DNA from: Octopus sinensis
Taxonomy: Eukaryota
DNA: 64,000 bases
NCBI RefSeq assembly: GCF_006345805.1
Contig: NC_042997.1
Coordinates: 197,284,001-197,348,000, forward strand
Direction: 5' to 3'
Under the pieces are notes generated by a model. The model ran no database searches and was not told the DNA's origin. It worked only from the letters and a program-made list of their open reading frames with translations. A program made the translations under genes and the position numbers. This document shows positions 23,648 through 34,500 of the stretch, in pieces (the first letter of the stretch is position 1; the number at the start of each line of letters is the position of its first letter).

Positions 23648-23949
23648 CTGAAACACAAGACAAAAAGTTAGAACTATGCATAACATATACACAAGTAAAT
23701 CATATCCCAATCAAAACTAATAAGATTCAATAAAATACTTCAAATAATTATTTTAATTAACCTATTTGATACTTTTTTAAATGGTTTAAATTTAAATCTT
23801 CCATCAGAATTTCAGGTTAATCTATATTCCAAACAAGCACTAGCTTAATCCTTTAGCATTGAAACCGCCATATCCAGTTAAAATATTCTGCTCGTTTTAT
23901 CTTAAACTGACCAGATCTGACCTATCACACTTACCCTAAAATACTGTTC

Positions 23950-24505
23950 TGCCAATGCCAGTACCATGTGACTGGCACCCATGCTGGTGGCACGTAAAAA
24001 GCACCATTAAGTGTGGCTGATACCAGTGCTACCTGACTGGCACTTGTTCAGGTGGCATTTAAAAAGTACCATTCAAGTGTGGTCAATACCAGTGCCACCT
24101 GACTGGCACACATGCTGGTGGCATGTAAAAAGTACCATTCAAGCATGGCCAATGCTAGTGCCATCTGACTGGCACCCATGCCGGTGGCACATAAGAAGCA
24201 CCATTCGGGTATGACCAATGCCAGTGCTGCCTGACTGGCACCTGTGCCAGTGGCACATAAAAAGCACCATCCAAGTATGGTCAATGCCAGTGCTGCTTGA
24301 CTGACTCCCATGCCAATGGCATGTAGAAAGCACCCACTAGATTCTCGGAGTGGTTGGCATTAGGAAGGGCATCCAGCTGTAGAAACCTTGCCAGATCAGA
24401 TTGGAGCCTGGTGCAGCCTCCTGGCTTGCCAGTCCTCTATCAAACCGTCCAACCCATGCCAACATGGAAAGCAGACGTTAAATGACGATGCTGATGATAA
24501 TAATG
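23950..24505 (+). mobile_element. Family C element with about six 66-bp tandem units and a (GAT)n tail
   Basis: Unit starts at 23959, 24023, 24089, 24155, 24221 and 24287, followed by the common family C 3' body. Confidence 0.85.
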
Positions 24506-24764
24506 ATCGCTGAAATCACAAAGCTACCACGTACCACATAACTAATTCAGATAAATGCGAATAAATAAGCATTACATTTGACAAAGAAATCTGAATGCTA
24601 AAGGATTGATAATGACAATGATATTTTACGAAATTCTTCATTATTTTCAAAACTAATTGTAACAGAAAGGCATTACTTTTCAACAGAAAAATGGTAACAA
24701 AAGAATTTAAAACTACTTCTGAAACAAAAAAAAAACGTTGCAAAACTATCAAAATTCAATTCAC

Positions 24765-24872
24765 CTCATCATCTGTTGCATATTCTACTCGCAAAATTTT
24801 TGGATTAGAAGATGGCCATTTAGTTCCATGTAGAGCTTTTCTGGTTAGAATAGCTTGTTCCTCTGTTTCATA
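24765..24872 (-). CDS. ACIN1: Acinus exon, RRM second half (YETEEQAILTRKALHGTKWPSSNPKILRVEYATDDE)
   Basis: Conserved ALHG.KWP.SNPK; TTTAG acceptor, GTGAAT donor, phase 0/0. Confidence 0.96.
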
Positions 24873-25697
24873 CTAAATAAAGAAATAATTTAGAATATAT
24901 TAGAAAAGAAATGAGAACATTTTTCTGGAGTCATTTTAGAAGTATGCTATTTACATTTACTATTTGCAGGTAAAAATATAGCATCTATTCGAAATAAAAT
25001 CAATGATTTTACTTCATTTTTCAAATTCTAAAACATCAAACAACCTGAAAAGTCATTATAAATTATAAGACTAAAATATGCTCAATTTATTACAATATAT
25101 TCAACAATTTCTAATACAGGCACAAGGCCAGAAATTTGTCAGGAGTAAATCAATTTAACTGACCTTCATATGTGATTGGTACGTTATTTTATCAAATCCA
25201 AAAGAACAATGACAGATAAGAGTTCACCTTAGCAGGATTTGAATTCAGAAGGCAAAGAATCTTGACTATAAACCACAATTTGTTTGACTATAAAGCACAC
25301 TAACAATTCTCAGTCTACTACTATATAATAATTTTGTTGTTTTTTTTTTCTAATTTAATTCCAAGGCCACCAATTTCCAAAGGAGATAATTAGCTGACAC
25401 CAAAACCTCAATACTCGACAGAAGTTTTATTTCCTTGACCTTGGAAGAATGAATGGCAATGTTGGCTTCATTCATGGGATTTGAACTGAAGGTCTTGTTT
25501 TGCAAGATACTTGTAAACCACTGTTGCCAGTGTCATGTCAAAAAGCACCCTATACACCCTGTAAAACAGTTGGCAATAGAAAGAGAATCCACTTGTAGAA
25601 ATCATGCTAAGGCAGATACTGGAGCTCAACATCATCGTCAGCTCACCATGCCCCTATCAAACCATCCAACCACGCCAACATGAAAAACAGATGTTAA

Positions 25698-25918
25698 CCC
25701 TTTCATTACCAACCCGGCCAAAACCGACTCTGGCTCTGTAGTATTAATGTCTTGTTTCCATAGGTTTTTCATTAAAATCTTCCACCAAACCTTACTTGCA
25801 ATTTATGTTCCTAACACTAGCTTAATGATAACTAAGTTATTTTACTAAATTCCTTATTATATTTAAAATATTTGAAAGAAACACAGATCATCTCAAAATA
25901 AATACAGTAACGAAAGGG
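25698..25918. mobile_element. piggyBac-type MITE family P1 (opposite orientation to 23154)
   Basis: TTAA flanks; same TIRs. Confidence 0.9.
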
Positions 25919-25991
25919 TTAAATGATGATCATGATGGTGATTGTTAGGCAATCAGTCAATAAAATCAACCCCAGTACTTGAATGGTTTAA

Positions 25992-26212
25992 CCCTTTAGC
26001 ATTTAAACCGGCCATATCAGGCCAAAAGTATTCTGCCTGTTTTATGTTCAAACTGGCTAGATCTGGTCTCTTACACCAACCCTACAATATCGTTTTAAAA
26101 ATTAGCAGTTACCTCATCAAAATCACATACCTACAAGATAATGCATGATTAGTTCAAAACAATGTGGATAAAGAAGCATTAATTTTGGCAGAATAATGCG
26201 AACACTAAAGGG
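25992..26212. mobile_element. piggyBac-type MITE family P2
   Basis: TTAA flanks; TIR CCCTTTAG / CTAAAGGG; partial relatives at 23846-23945 and 27650-27812. Confidence 0.85.
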
Positions 26213-26244
26213 TTAATATATGTAAATAATAATAAAAAACCTAC

Positions 26245-26549
26245 CTTGGCAAAACAATGGGATTTAATCTTGTCAATCCAGAAACCATTTTCCACAACTG
26301 CTCCGGTTCGTTTTAAAAGTTCTTTTAACTGACCAATTGTAAAAGGACGAACTAAATTTCGGACATGCACTATCTTACTGACTGGATTATGAGCAGGTGA
26401 TGGAGATCTTCGTGCAGCCATTGGTTCCTCAGGTTCAGTAATTGACAACTGATGGCTGACCCTTCGAACAGTTAATGGAGACGTAAAAGTTTTGTTGGTC
26501 ACTACAACAGCAGGGGCTTGTTGGTTAACAACTATTGGAGTGACAGGTT
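26245..26549 (-). CDS. ACIN1: Acinus exon, RRM first half ([20 protein letters not shown]...[11 protein letters not shown])
   Basis: Diagnostic Acinus RRM; TTTCAG acceptor, GTAGGT donor, 305 nt, phase 1/0. Confidence 0.97.
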
Positions 26550-26832
26550 CTGAAAAAATATAAGTGTTAAGTTATTAGTACAGTAAGTCATGTTATATGC
26601 AGTATTGTGTATTTAGGGCATACTACTAATATGTTGCAACATTATTCTACACCAGCAGTTTATAGAACTTGGTATTATTTATAGAATTTGACTTTGAATA
26701 TTAAGATATTCCCGTGTCTCAGCCTTTTCATAATGCAAAAAATAATTTAAGTAAATTTTGCTATTTAAATATTAATACTAGTTTATAGTTGTTTCTAAAC
26801 TAGATATAAAGGAAGAACTTCCCTTAGTTTAA

Positions 26833-26999
26833 CCTTTTCGTTACCAAACTGGCTGAAACCAACTCTGGCTTTTTGTATAAATGTCTTGTTTTCAGAAGTT
26901 TTGAATTAAAATCTTCCACCAAACCTTAATCACAATATATGATCAAAGAAATTGGAAGAAACAGAGAGCATCTCAAAACAAATACAGTAGCGAAAACGC
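26833..26999. mobile_element. Diverged piggyBac MITE P1
   Basis: Eroded TIRs and internal match to 25698-25918. Confidence 0.65.
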
Positions 27000-27179
27000 T
27001 AAAGAACACAATACTCTGTGCACAACACAAATATTCAATAATGTTAAGACAAGAGTTTTAATAGCAAATAAGAATTATGTAAGTCTTTGGTAAACAGCAT
27101 AAATACCCAAACAGCAAGTTTAAAATACAAACTTGTATTTATATTTAAATATCGATCAAAATCAATAGAAATTGTAGTT

Positions 27180-27562
27180 GTGATACCAGTGCCGGTGGCA
27201 CGTAAGAGAACCATCCGAACATTGCCGTTGCCAGCTCCGCCCCGACTGGCCTCCGTGCCGGTGGCACATAAAAAGCACCAACCATCTGAACATGGCTGTT
27301 GCCAGCGCCACCCCGACTGGCCTCCGTGCCGGTGGCACGTGAAAAGCACCAACCAATTGTGGCCGTTGCCAGCCTCATCTGGCACGTAAAAAGTACCCAC
27401 TACACTCACGGAGTGGTTGGTGTTAGGAAGGGCATCCAGCTGTAGAAACACTGCCAGATCAGACTGGGCCTGGTGCAGCCTCCTGGCTTCCCAGACCCCA
27501 GTTGAACCGTCCAACCTATGCTAGCATGGAAAGCAGATGTTAAACGATGATGATAATGATGA
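27180..27562 (+). mobile_element. Family C element
   Basis: Tandem GCC-rich units, common body, (GAT)n tail. Confidence 0.85.
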
Positions 27563-28072
27563 TTTAACTTTTATTTTATTTATGAATAACTAATTTAACC
27601 CAACATTCAGATTACTGTCAAATATAAGGATTATTTAACATTTTATATTGTATTAAACATAGATAATCTTGTAGCTTTGAACTTTTGAGGATGCGATTGT
27701 TAATTTTTAAAATGACATTGTAGAGTTAGTGCAAGAGGCTAGATCTAGCCAGTTTAAACATAATACAGGTAGATTATTTGGGTCAGATACAGCAAGTTTA
27801 AATGCTAAGGGGTTAATGGAAGTAAATAATAAACATTGGAAACCTTAGTCTACATTAAAGGAGCACAAATCCAAAGGGAGGAAATTCCCACTTATTTTTT
27901 TGCTAGTTTAAGTACAAAGTCAGTAATTTTTTGATGGGAGTGGGTCATCAACACTAGCACTAGACTGGTACTTCATTTTATCAACTCTAGAGAAACAGAA
28001 GACAAATTTGACCCCAGCAGAATTTAAACTCAGAACATGAAGAACTCCTAATCCACTAATTAATAAAACTTG

Positions 28073-28246
28073 AATGTGGCAGAAGCATTAGCACACGTTC
28101 TGAGTTCAAATTCCGCCAAAGTTGACTTTGCCTTTCATCCTTTCAGGGTCGATAAGTTAAGTACCAGTTGCATACTTGGGTCAGCCTAATTGACTGGGCT
28201 CCCCCAAAAAAAATTTCAGGCTTTGTGCCTAGAGTAGAAAAGAAAA
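28073..28246 (+). mobile_element. SINE family B monomer
   Basis: Match to the family B unit and 3' cap. Confidence 0.75.
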
Positions 28247-28274
28247 CTTGAATGTTTGCTTTAATATTGTTTGT

Positions 28275-28592
28275 GCTGGTGGCATGTAACAAACACCATC
28301 TGATCGTGGCCGTGCCAGCCTCGCCTGGCGTCCTTGCCGGTGGCACGTAAAAAGCACCATCCGAGTGTGGCCGTTCGCCAGCCTCGTCTGGCACCTGTGT
28401 CGGTGGCACATAAAAAGCACCCACTACACTCACGGAGTGGTTGGCGTTAGGAAGGGCATCCAGCTGTAGAAACACCGCCAGATCAGACTGGGCTCGGTGC
28501 AGCCTTCGGGCTTCCCAGACCCCAGTTGAACCGTCCAACCCATGCTAGCATGGAAAGCGGACGTTAAACGATGATGATGATGATGATGATGA
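28275..28592 (+). mobile_element. Family C element whose (GAT)n tail abuts an Acinus donor site
   Basis: Common body; the tail runs to 28592 and the donor GT is at 28596-28595. Confidence 0.88.
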
Positions 28593-28596
28593 TTAC

Positions 28597-28735
28597 CTCT
28601 TTCAATTGGTGCAGCAGTCGCGGCAATGGGCACTGGTGCTGCAGCTGCAACTTCAGAAGAAACCTCTAAATCCGCATCAGTTAATACTTCTCGTGCAGTG
28701 GTGACCAATTCAACTTCCTCCTCTTCCTCTTTCAT
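28597..28735 (-). CDS. ACIN1: Acinus exon (MKEEEEEVELVTTAREV...PIER)
   Basis: Polypyrimidine-TAG acceptor, GTAATC donor, 139 nt, phase 0/1 fits its neighbours. Confidence 0.85.
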
Positions 28736-29214
28736 CTAATCAACAACAACAACAAAAAGAAAATCACTGAACCATTTTTAATTTCTGCTTATCAACATGC
28801 TAATGTAATACAATTAATCATGCTAGTACCACATAAAAAAAGTATCCAGTACACTCTGTAAAGTAGCTGGCATCAGGAAAGGCAAATGGCCATAGAAATC
28901 ATGCCAGAAAGGAGAATGGAACCTGGTGCAGCCCCCAGCCTTACCAGCTCCTGTCATACAATCCAATTTATACCAATATGGAAAACAGACCAAAAATGAT
29001 GATGATGCAAATCAGTTCTTGCAACTTCTTTCTACTGGACGGTATGTCATCTGAAATGTGGAGAATTCTGGAAGGAAGTACCCCACCATTAAAAACAATT
29101 CAGTTCCCCCGTCTCAAGTGCACAAGCACAGAGCTGAGTATACACAGTTCCTGGGCAATCGATGGTTAAACATTATTGTGAAAATTTTGCAAAAGACTCA
29201 AAGTACTTGGTGAC

Positions 29215-29945
29215 CTCGTGGGTGCTGGTGCCTTGATGGCCTCAGCAGGTACTGGTTCCACATAGAAACCATCTGAGCTAGCGCCACATATAAAAAGCAC
29301 CTCAGAATACTCTATGAAGTGGTTGGCATTACGAAGGGCATCCAGCTGTAGAAACCATGCCAAAACAGGCAACTGGAGCTTGGTGCAGCTCCCTAGTTCG
29401 CCAGCTCCTGTCAAACCATCCAACCCATGTCAGTATGGACATTAAATGAGGATATGACATATTAAACAACTAATATACAAAATATACAAAGAGCACCATA
29501 CGAGTGTGATCGTTGGCAGAGCAGCTAACCGGCTTCCATGCCATTGACACATAAAAGGCACCATTCGAGTGTAATCGTTACCAGCGTCGCCTTACTGGCA
29601 CTTGAGCCCCGTGCTAGTAGGGTGCTAAGAGCACCATCTGAGCATGATCATTGCCAGAGCAGCTAACTGGCTTCCGTGTCGGTGGCACGTAAAAGGCACC
29701 ATTCGAGCGTGATCGTTACCAGCATTGCCTTACTGGCACCTATGCCGGTGGCATGTGTAAAAGATTCAAGCAAGGTCGTTGCCAGTACTGCCTGACTGGC
29801 CCCCCCATGCAGGTGGCACGTAAAAGCACCCACAACACTCTCTTAGAGTGGTTGGCATTAGGAAAGGCAACTGGTTCGCCAGCCCTCAGTCAAATCATCC
29901 AACCCATGCTAGCATGGAAAGTGGACATTAAACGATGTTGATGTT
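29215..29945 (+). mobile_element. Two consecutive family C elements (29215-29450 and 29500-29945)
   Basis: Both carry the family C body and 3' motif. Confidence 0.75.
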
Positions 29946-29976
29946 GAATACAAACGGTACATAAAATAATACAAAC

Positions 29977-30102
29977 CTGTACTGTTCTTCGGAACTTCAC
30001 TTCCACTTTTTCTTCTTCATGGTCAGAGAACGAACATTCATCGTGGCTGAGATCTAATATAGCCTCTTTTATAGAACTTGGTTTTATCTCAGGAATTAAA
30101 CC
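29977..30102 (-). CDS. ACIN1: Acinus exon (GLIPEIKPSSIKEAILDLSHDECSFSDHEEEKVEVKFRRTVQ)
   Basis: Continues ISTDSLK|GLIP; TTTTAG acceptor, GTTTGT donor, phase 0/0. Confidence 0.9.
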
Positions 30103-30197
30103 CTAAAATAAATAAATGTAAGTCAATATGATAAAATTCAAAGATTCTTTTTTTTTTTTGGCTCAATATTTAGCAAAACCATAGATATTTAAGTTAC

Positions 30198-30352
30198 CTT
30201 TAAGGAATCTGTAGAAATATCTATTGTCGTTGACTTGGTGGGTTTAGCACTGGTTCCCCATTTACGTTTACGTGGTACAGCAGAGGGAGCCGGAGCCGGT
30301 GCTGTAGCCTTCCCATCACATTTATCACTCGATTCTTCATTTTGCAACTTAA
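30198..30352 (-). CDS. ACIN1: Acinus exon (...PRKRKWGTS...ISTDSLK)
   Basis: Conserved Acinus RKR.WG and IST.SLK motifs; TGTAG acceptor, GTAACT donor, phase 1/0. Confidence 0.93.
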
Positions 30353-30451
30353 CTACAATGCAAAATAAACAGGAAAAATTAAAAACAACAGGAACAGAAC
30401 TATTTTTTTTAAAATAGTTTTTTTTTTTTATTATTTTTTTATAAAATATAA

Positions 30452-30657
30452 CTCTTTTACTTGTTTCAGTCATTTGACTGCGGCCATGCTGGAGCACCGC
30501 CTTTAGTCGAGCAACTCGACCCCGGGACTTATTCTTTTGTAAGCCCAGTACTTATTCTATCGGTCTCTTTTGCCGAACCGCTAAGTGACGGGGACGTAAA
30601 CACACCAGCATCAGTTGTCAAGCAATGCTAGGGGGACAAACAGACACACAAACATAT

Positions 30658-30694
<37 letters not shown>

Positions 30695-30805
30695 CATATA
30701 TATGACAGGGTTCTTTCAGTTTCCGTCTACCACATCCACTCACAAGGCATTGGTCGGCCCGGGGCTATAGCAGAAGACACTTGCCCAAGATGCCACGCAG
30801 TGGGA
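30452..30805 (-). mobile_element. SINE family A, 5'-truncated
   Basis: Match to family A, lacking the first about 50 nt of the head. Confidence 0.88.
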
Positions 30806-30938
30806 GTCATATCAAGAATATAGTTGGGAAGTTGAAGTAAAGGTTATACTGAATGTGCAAACAATGCTGCACATAGATCCCTGCTTTTACTTCACCATAT
30901 TACAACCAATAACAGAAACGATGGTTAAATTTACTCAC

Positions 30939-31002
30939 GAGACAACTGTAGAGATGTACGTTGAGTAGTATCATTATCTTGGTTTTTCTGTCCATCCTCC
31001 TG
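30939..31002 (-). CDS. ACIN1: Acinus small exon (QEDGQKNQDNDTTQRTSLQLS)
   Basis: TTTCAG acceptor, GTGAGT donor, 64 nt, phase 0/1 fits. Confidence 0.8.
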
Positions 31003-31338
31003 CTGAAAGACAACCAGCTGACATTTTTTACTCAGATTAAAAACAAAAAGTAAAATAAACTAACATAAGATAATGTCTCATGGTGAAACATTTTTGTGGC
31101 TCTTTCATCACTTTAATCCATCAGAATATAAAATATTCATTTCCAATATAAAAAAAAAAAGGAAATATTAATTGCTTAACTATCTGTCTACTCTTTATTT
31201 TTGTTGCTTCCAACCACTGGAATATCTAATATCATCAATATTAGGAGCATGAAGTAAAACCTTTTATCTCAAGATAAATAGTCAGTAAATAAATACGAAT
31301 AGAAGAGCAATGTTTTTTTTTTAAATAGGAATCATATA

Positions 31339-31569
31339 CAGAGTGTTCAAAAACTCTCTCCGCAGTAAGTATTTGATGGTTTTCGGGTGATTCTTGTACA
31401 CTGATCCTTTACTTGCTCCCCCAGAAAAAAAAGTCTGGCGGTGTTAAATCAGGTGATCTTGGTGGCCAAAATCCCTTCGAAATAATCCGTTCACCGAAAA
31501 ACTCTTGAAGTAGTGCCATGGTGATGCACACAATGAAAAAACTTCACTGCGGAGACTTTTGTCCACCTA
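31339..31569 (-). mobile_element. Internally deleted Tc1/mariner-superfamily element, 231 bp
   Basis: TA flanks, TIRs sharing TCTCCGCAGT; internal FFGERIISKGFWPPRSPDLTPPDFF..WG motif. Confidence 0.8.
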
Positions 31570-34500
31570 TAATATTATATTACATGCAATAATAAATTAA
31601 CCAAATATACTAGAAATATTGATTTTCTTTTTATCCAAATAAATTTAAACCAACACTGTATTTTCAGACTTCGTGCTCATCTCATTTTTTCTATCAACAA
31701 AATAGCTCATTGGCTCAGAAAGCAATATCTTAGTAGACATATACCTTAAGTGATATATTAGTAGATATATATCTTCAGTGATATCTGAGTAGACATACTG
31801 ATCTAACACAAGGTAAAGGTTATCAATACAGTCACAAAGCAGTGACAGCATCAGTCAATACTTTCTATACCAAAAAGGCCTCTACTGACTGATATCAACG
31901 TAGCTCAAAAGATTCAAATTACAAACTAATTTAGTTTGCAACATTAAAGAATTACTAAGAACCATAATTTTCAAAGTTAGGCTTTTTGGGGTGGTTTTTT
32001 TCAGCTTCTCAGCTTAGCTGTAATCAATTTACATTTTATGTAAAATTCTAAAAAGTCACTCAAGAAAACAAAAGCCATCTTAATGACTATTTCTATCATA
32101 ATAATTTTATCTTTTTTTTTCCTTTCATATACAGTAATCTTAATTAATGAGATGTCTGGATACTTTTCAATTGCTTTAATAAAAGATGTTACTTTTTGGC
32201 AAATTATTTTCATTAAAATATTAAATTAATAAAATCTTTAAAACTAGAGACAATATGTAATTATTATGAAATCTAATTAACATAAACATTCCACTGTTAA
32301 ATTAAAAGTGAAAGAGTAAAAGTACTAATTAGAACGTTATCACATTAAATATGCTTTAATAATAATAATAATAATAATAATATATTTTAAGTTATTAGCT
32401 TCAAGATCTATACATTCAAAACAAACAAAGAAATTTTAAATAATAAACAAGCTAGATATTAAAAGATTTACACATATTAAAAGATATACATAATTAGAAA
32501 TGGCTAGGTTTTTAACTAATTTACATTTTTATGAAAATACTAAAGTGAAGATATTTCTAAAATAAGAGAGCAAATGTTGAAGTTATTGCTGCCCAGTTTA
32601 GGCACTGCCAAAATACCAGCCTCAGTGAACGCTCTAAGCCTCCTCCTCCTCCTCCAGTAACATTGAACAAACAACCCAGCAGGAGAAGCATCATACATGT
32701 CATGCCATCTGACACAGCAGGTGAAGTTGTCGCCGTCATCATCGTCACCACCATCAGCAGTATCATCACATCTTTGGGTATGACTCAAGGGCATGGGAAG
32801 TAAAATATTTTCTCATCAAGTCGGTGCACATTCTTCTAGCTTGACGTTCCACATCTTCGATGATGAGTGAAGTTGCCAACCACCAGGGCTTTTAAGATTG
32901 TACACAACAACCAGAGATGTCGATAATCTAGCTTCTTGAAAATGTTCATAAAGAACTAAAGAAAAGGTGTGTTTTTGTTTTGTTTTTGTTTTTTAAATAC
33001 GTTTTCAAAATACTGAGACAGGAGATGCATTAATGCTTTTACAAACAGTTCTTTCTAAGAAAGAAGTACATCGTATAAGATTATTATGAGAATGTCACTG
33101 CTTAAATATATTTATCAATGAATTCAACAAAACGGTTGTAAAAAGTAATATTCTTCTGATAAAGTCTTTAGAATAACGACAGAGGAACAGAATTACTTAA
33201 AGAGTAGAACAACAAGAAGTTGAACACATTCAATGAGGATGGTGTAGCATGGTTGCATCAAACATTTCGCTGCAACATAATAAATATGGTTGATTCAAGC
33301 AGTCAGTTGAGTTGATTCATTCAATTGAGAAGAAGAACATTCATAGATTTCCTTGTGTTGGTTAAGTTGTGTACCTCAGTATTTCACCAGTCTCAATGAA
33401 ACAAAATATTAACCACAAATGACGTTGGTACTCTGGGAGAGCAGAAGATTGGTAATGTACCAATAACCAAGAGCCTGGATTCCAGTTGCTTCCAAGTGAT
33501 ACAGTTGCAATACACAGGTTTCTATCTTTTTCCTTTTTTTTTTAATTTTCTGTTTTTGCTGAGCCAAAAATCAACAAAATGCTGTCGAGTGTGGAGCCAG
33601 CATTCTGTTAACAGATCCAACTACTACTGAAGAAAAAAATGTCAATAATAATTACTAAATCAATCAATTAGTGATTGATTTAGAAAGTTCAATTAAATTA
33701 CGATTGTGTGCAAATGTGAGATTGTTTATTTATGTTAGCATATTTTCCATGATGTGTGCAGAAAATTCCAAATAACTTTTGAGGTTGTTGTTTTTTTGTT
33801 TGTTTGCTTTTTTTTTTTAAAGAATGCTATTTATGTAATATCCAATTATGGTGGTGGCTTCTCATTCAGACAGTGAAAGTGTAAGTGTTCATATTTGAGA
33901 TGTGTAGAGGTAGAATACAGTGACAACCTGAAGTATCTAGAACCAATCTCAAGAAACAACTTCAATTCTGGTTGTGTGGTTTAAATATCAGTAGTAGTAT
34001 GGAAATTGGTAAAATCCTTAGGTATTGCATAAATCCTTTTGAATATTGTTCCAATGGTGATAATCATGGTAATTCTCTCGCAAGAAGTTCTGGCAAATAT
34101 GCCTCTCTTTCAAAACGATTTTAAGTTTCAATGAAACGTAGAAAAAGTTCAATAAAGAAAATCCCATGGTAACAATATTCAGCATTGAAGAGATTTTCCA
34201 TCTGGCAGAATGATGATATCGATGACTGCAAAACAACACTCCTCCTTTTGGCAGCGATATTCTCTTGCTTCAGATGAATTTTCCCCACATCTTCCTTTTC
34301 AGGGTGTCATGAGTTAAGGCTGGAGAGCGCATATCAGGTGAGACCAATGGCTACAAGTGGCTGATGTTGACATCAGTGTTGGCGTTCGCCCTTCAGCAGC
34401 TCACAGATTTGCAATTCTCTATTGCATTGAGGAGATAGTAAGGTGAAATTAAACACTGGGGAGGAACTGTGTCAAAAAAAAGCTAAGGACAATCAGCTCT

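Noticed and set aside
30053-30055. Internal TAG acceptor for the 29977 exon
   Set aside because: Phase mismatch; the upstream acceptor at 30103-04 restores the conserved SLK-GLIP motif
32557-32769. Hydrophobic 70-aa ORF resembling a membrane protein
   Set aside because: It is short, partly derived from ATG/GGA microrepeats, and has no supported splice structure or recognisable family
34205-34370. Possible C/D snoRNA (ATGATGA...CTGA)
   Set aside because: It is antisense to the host gene, has no terminal stem, and the motifs are common by chance
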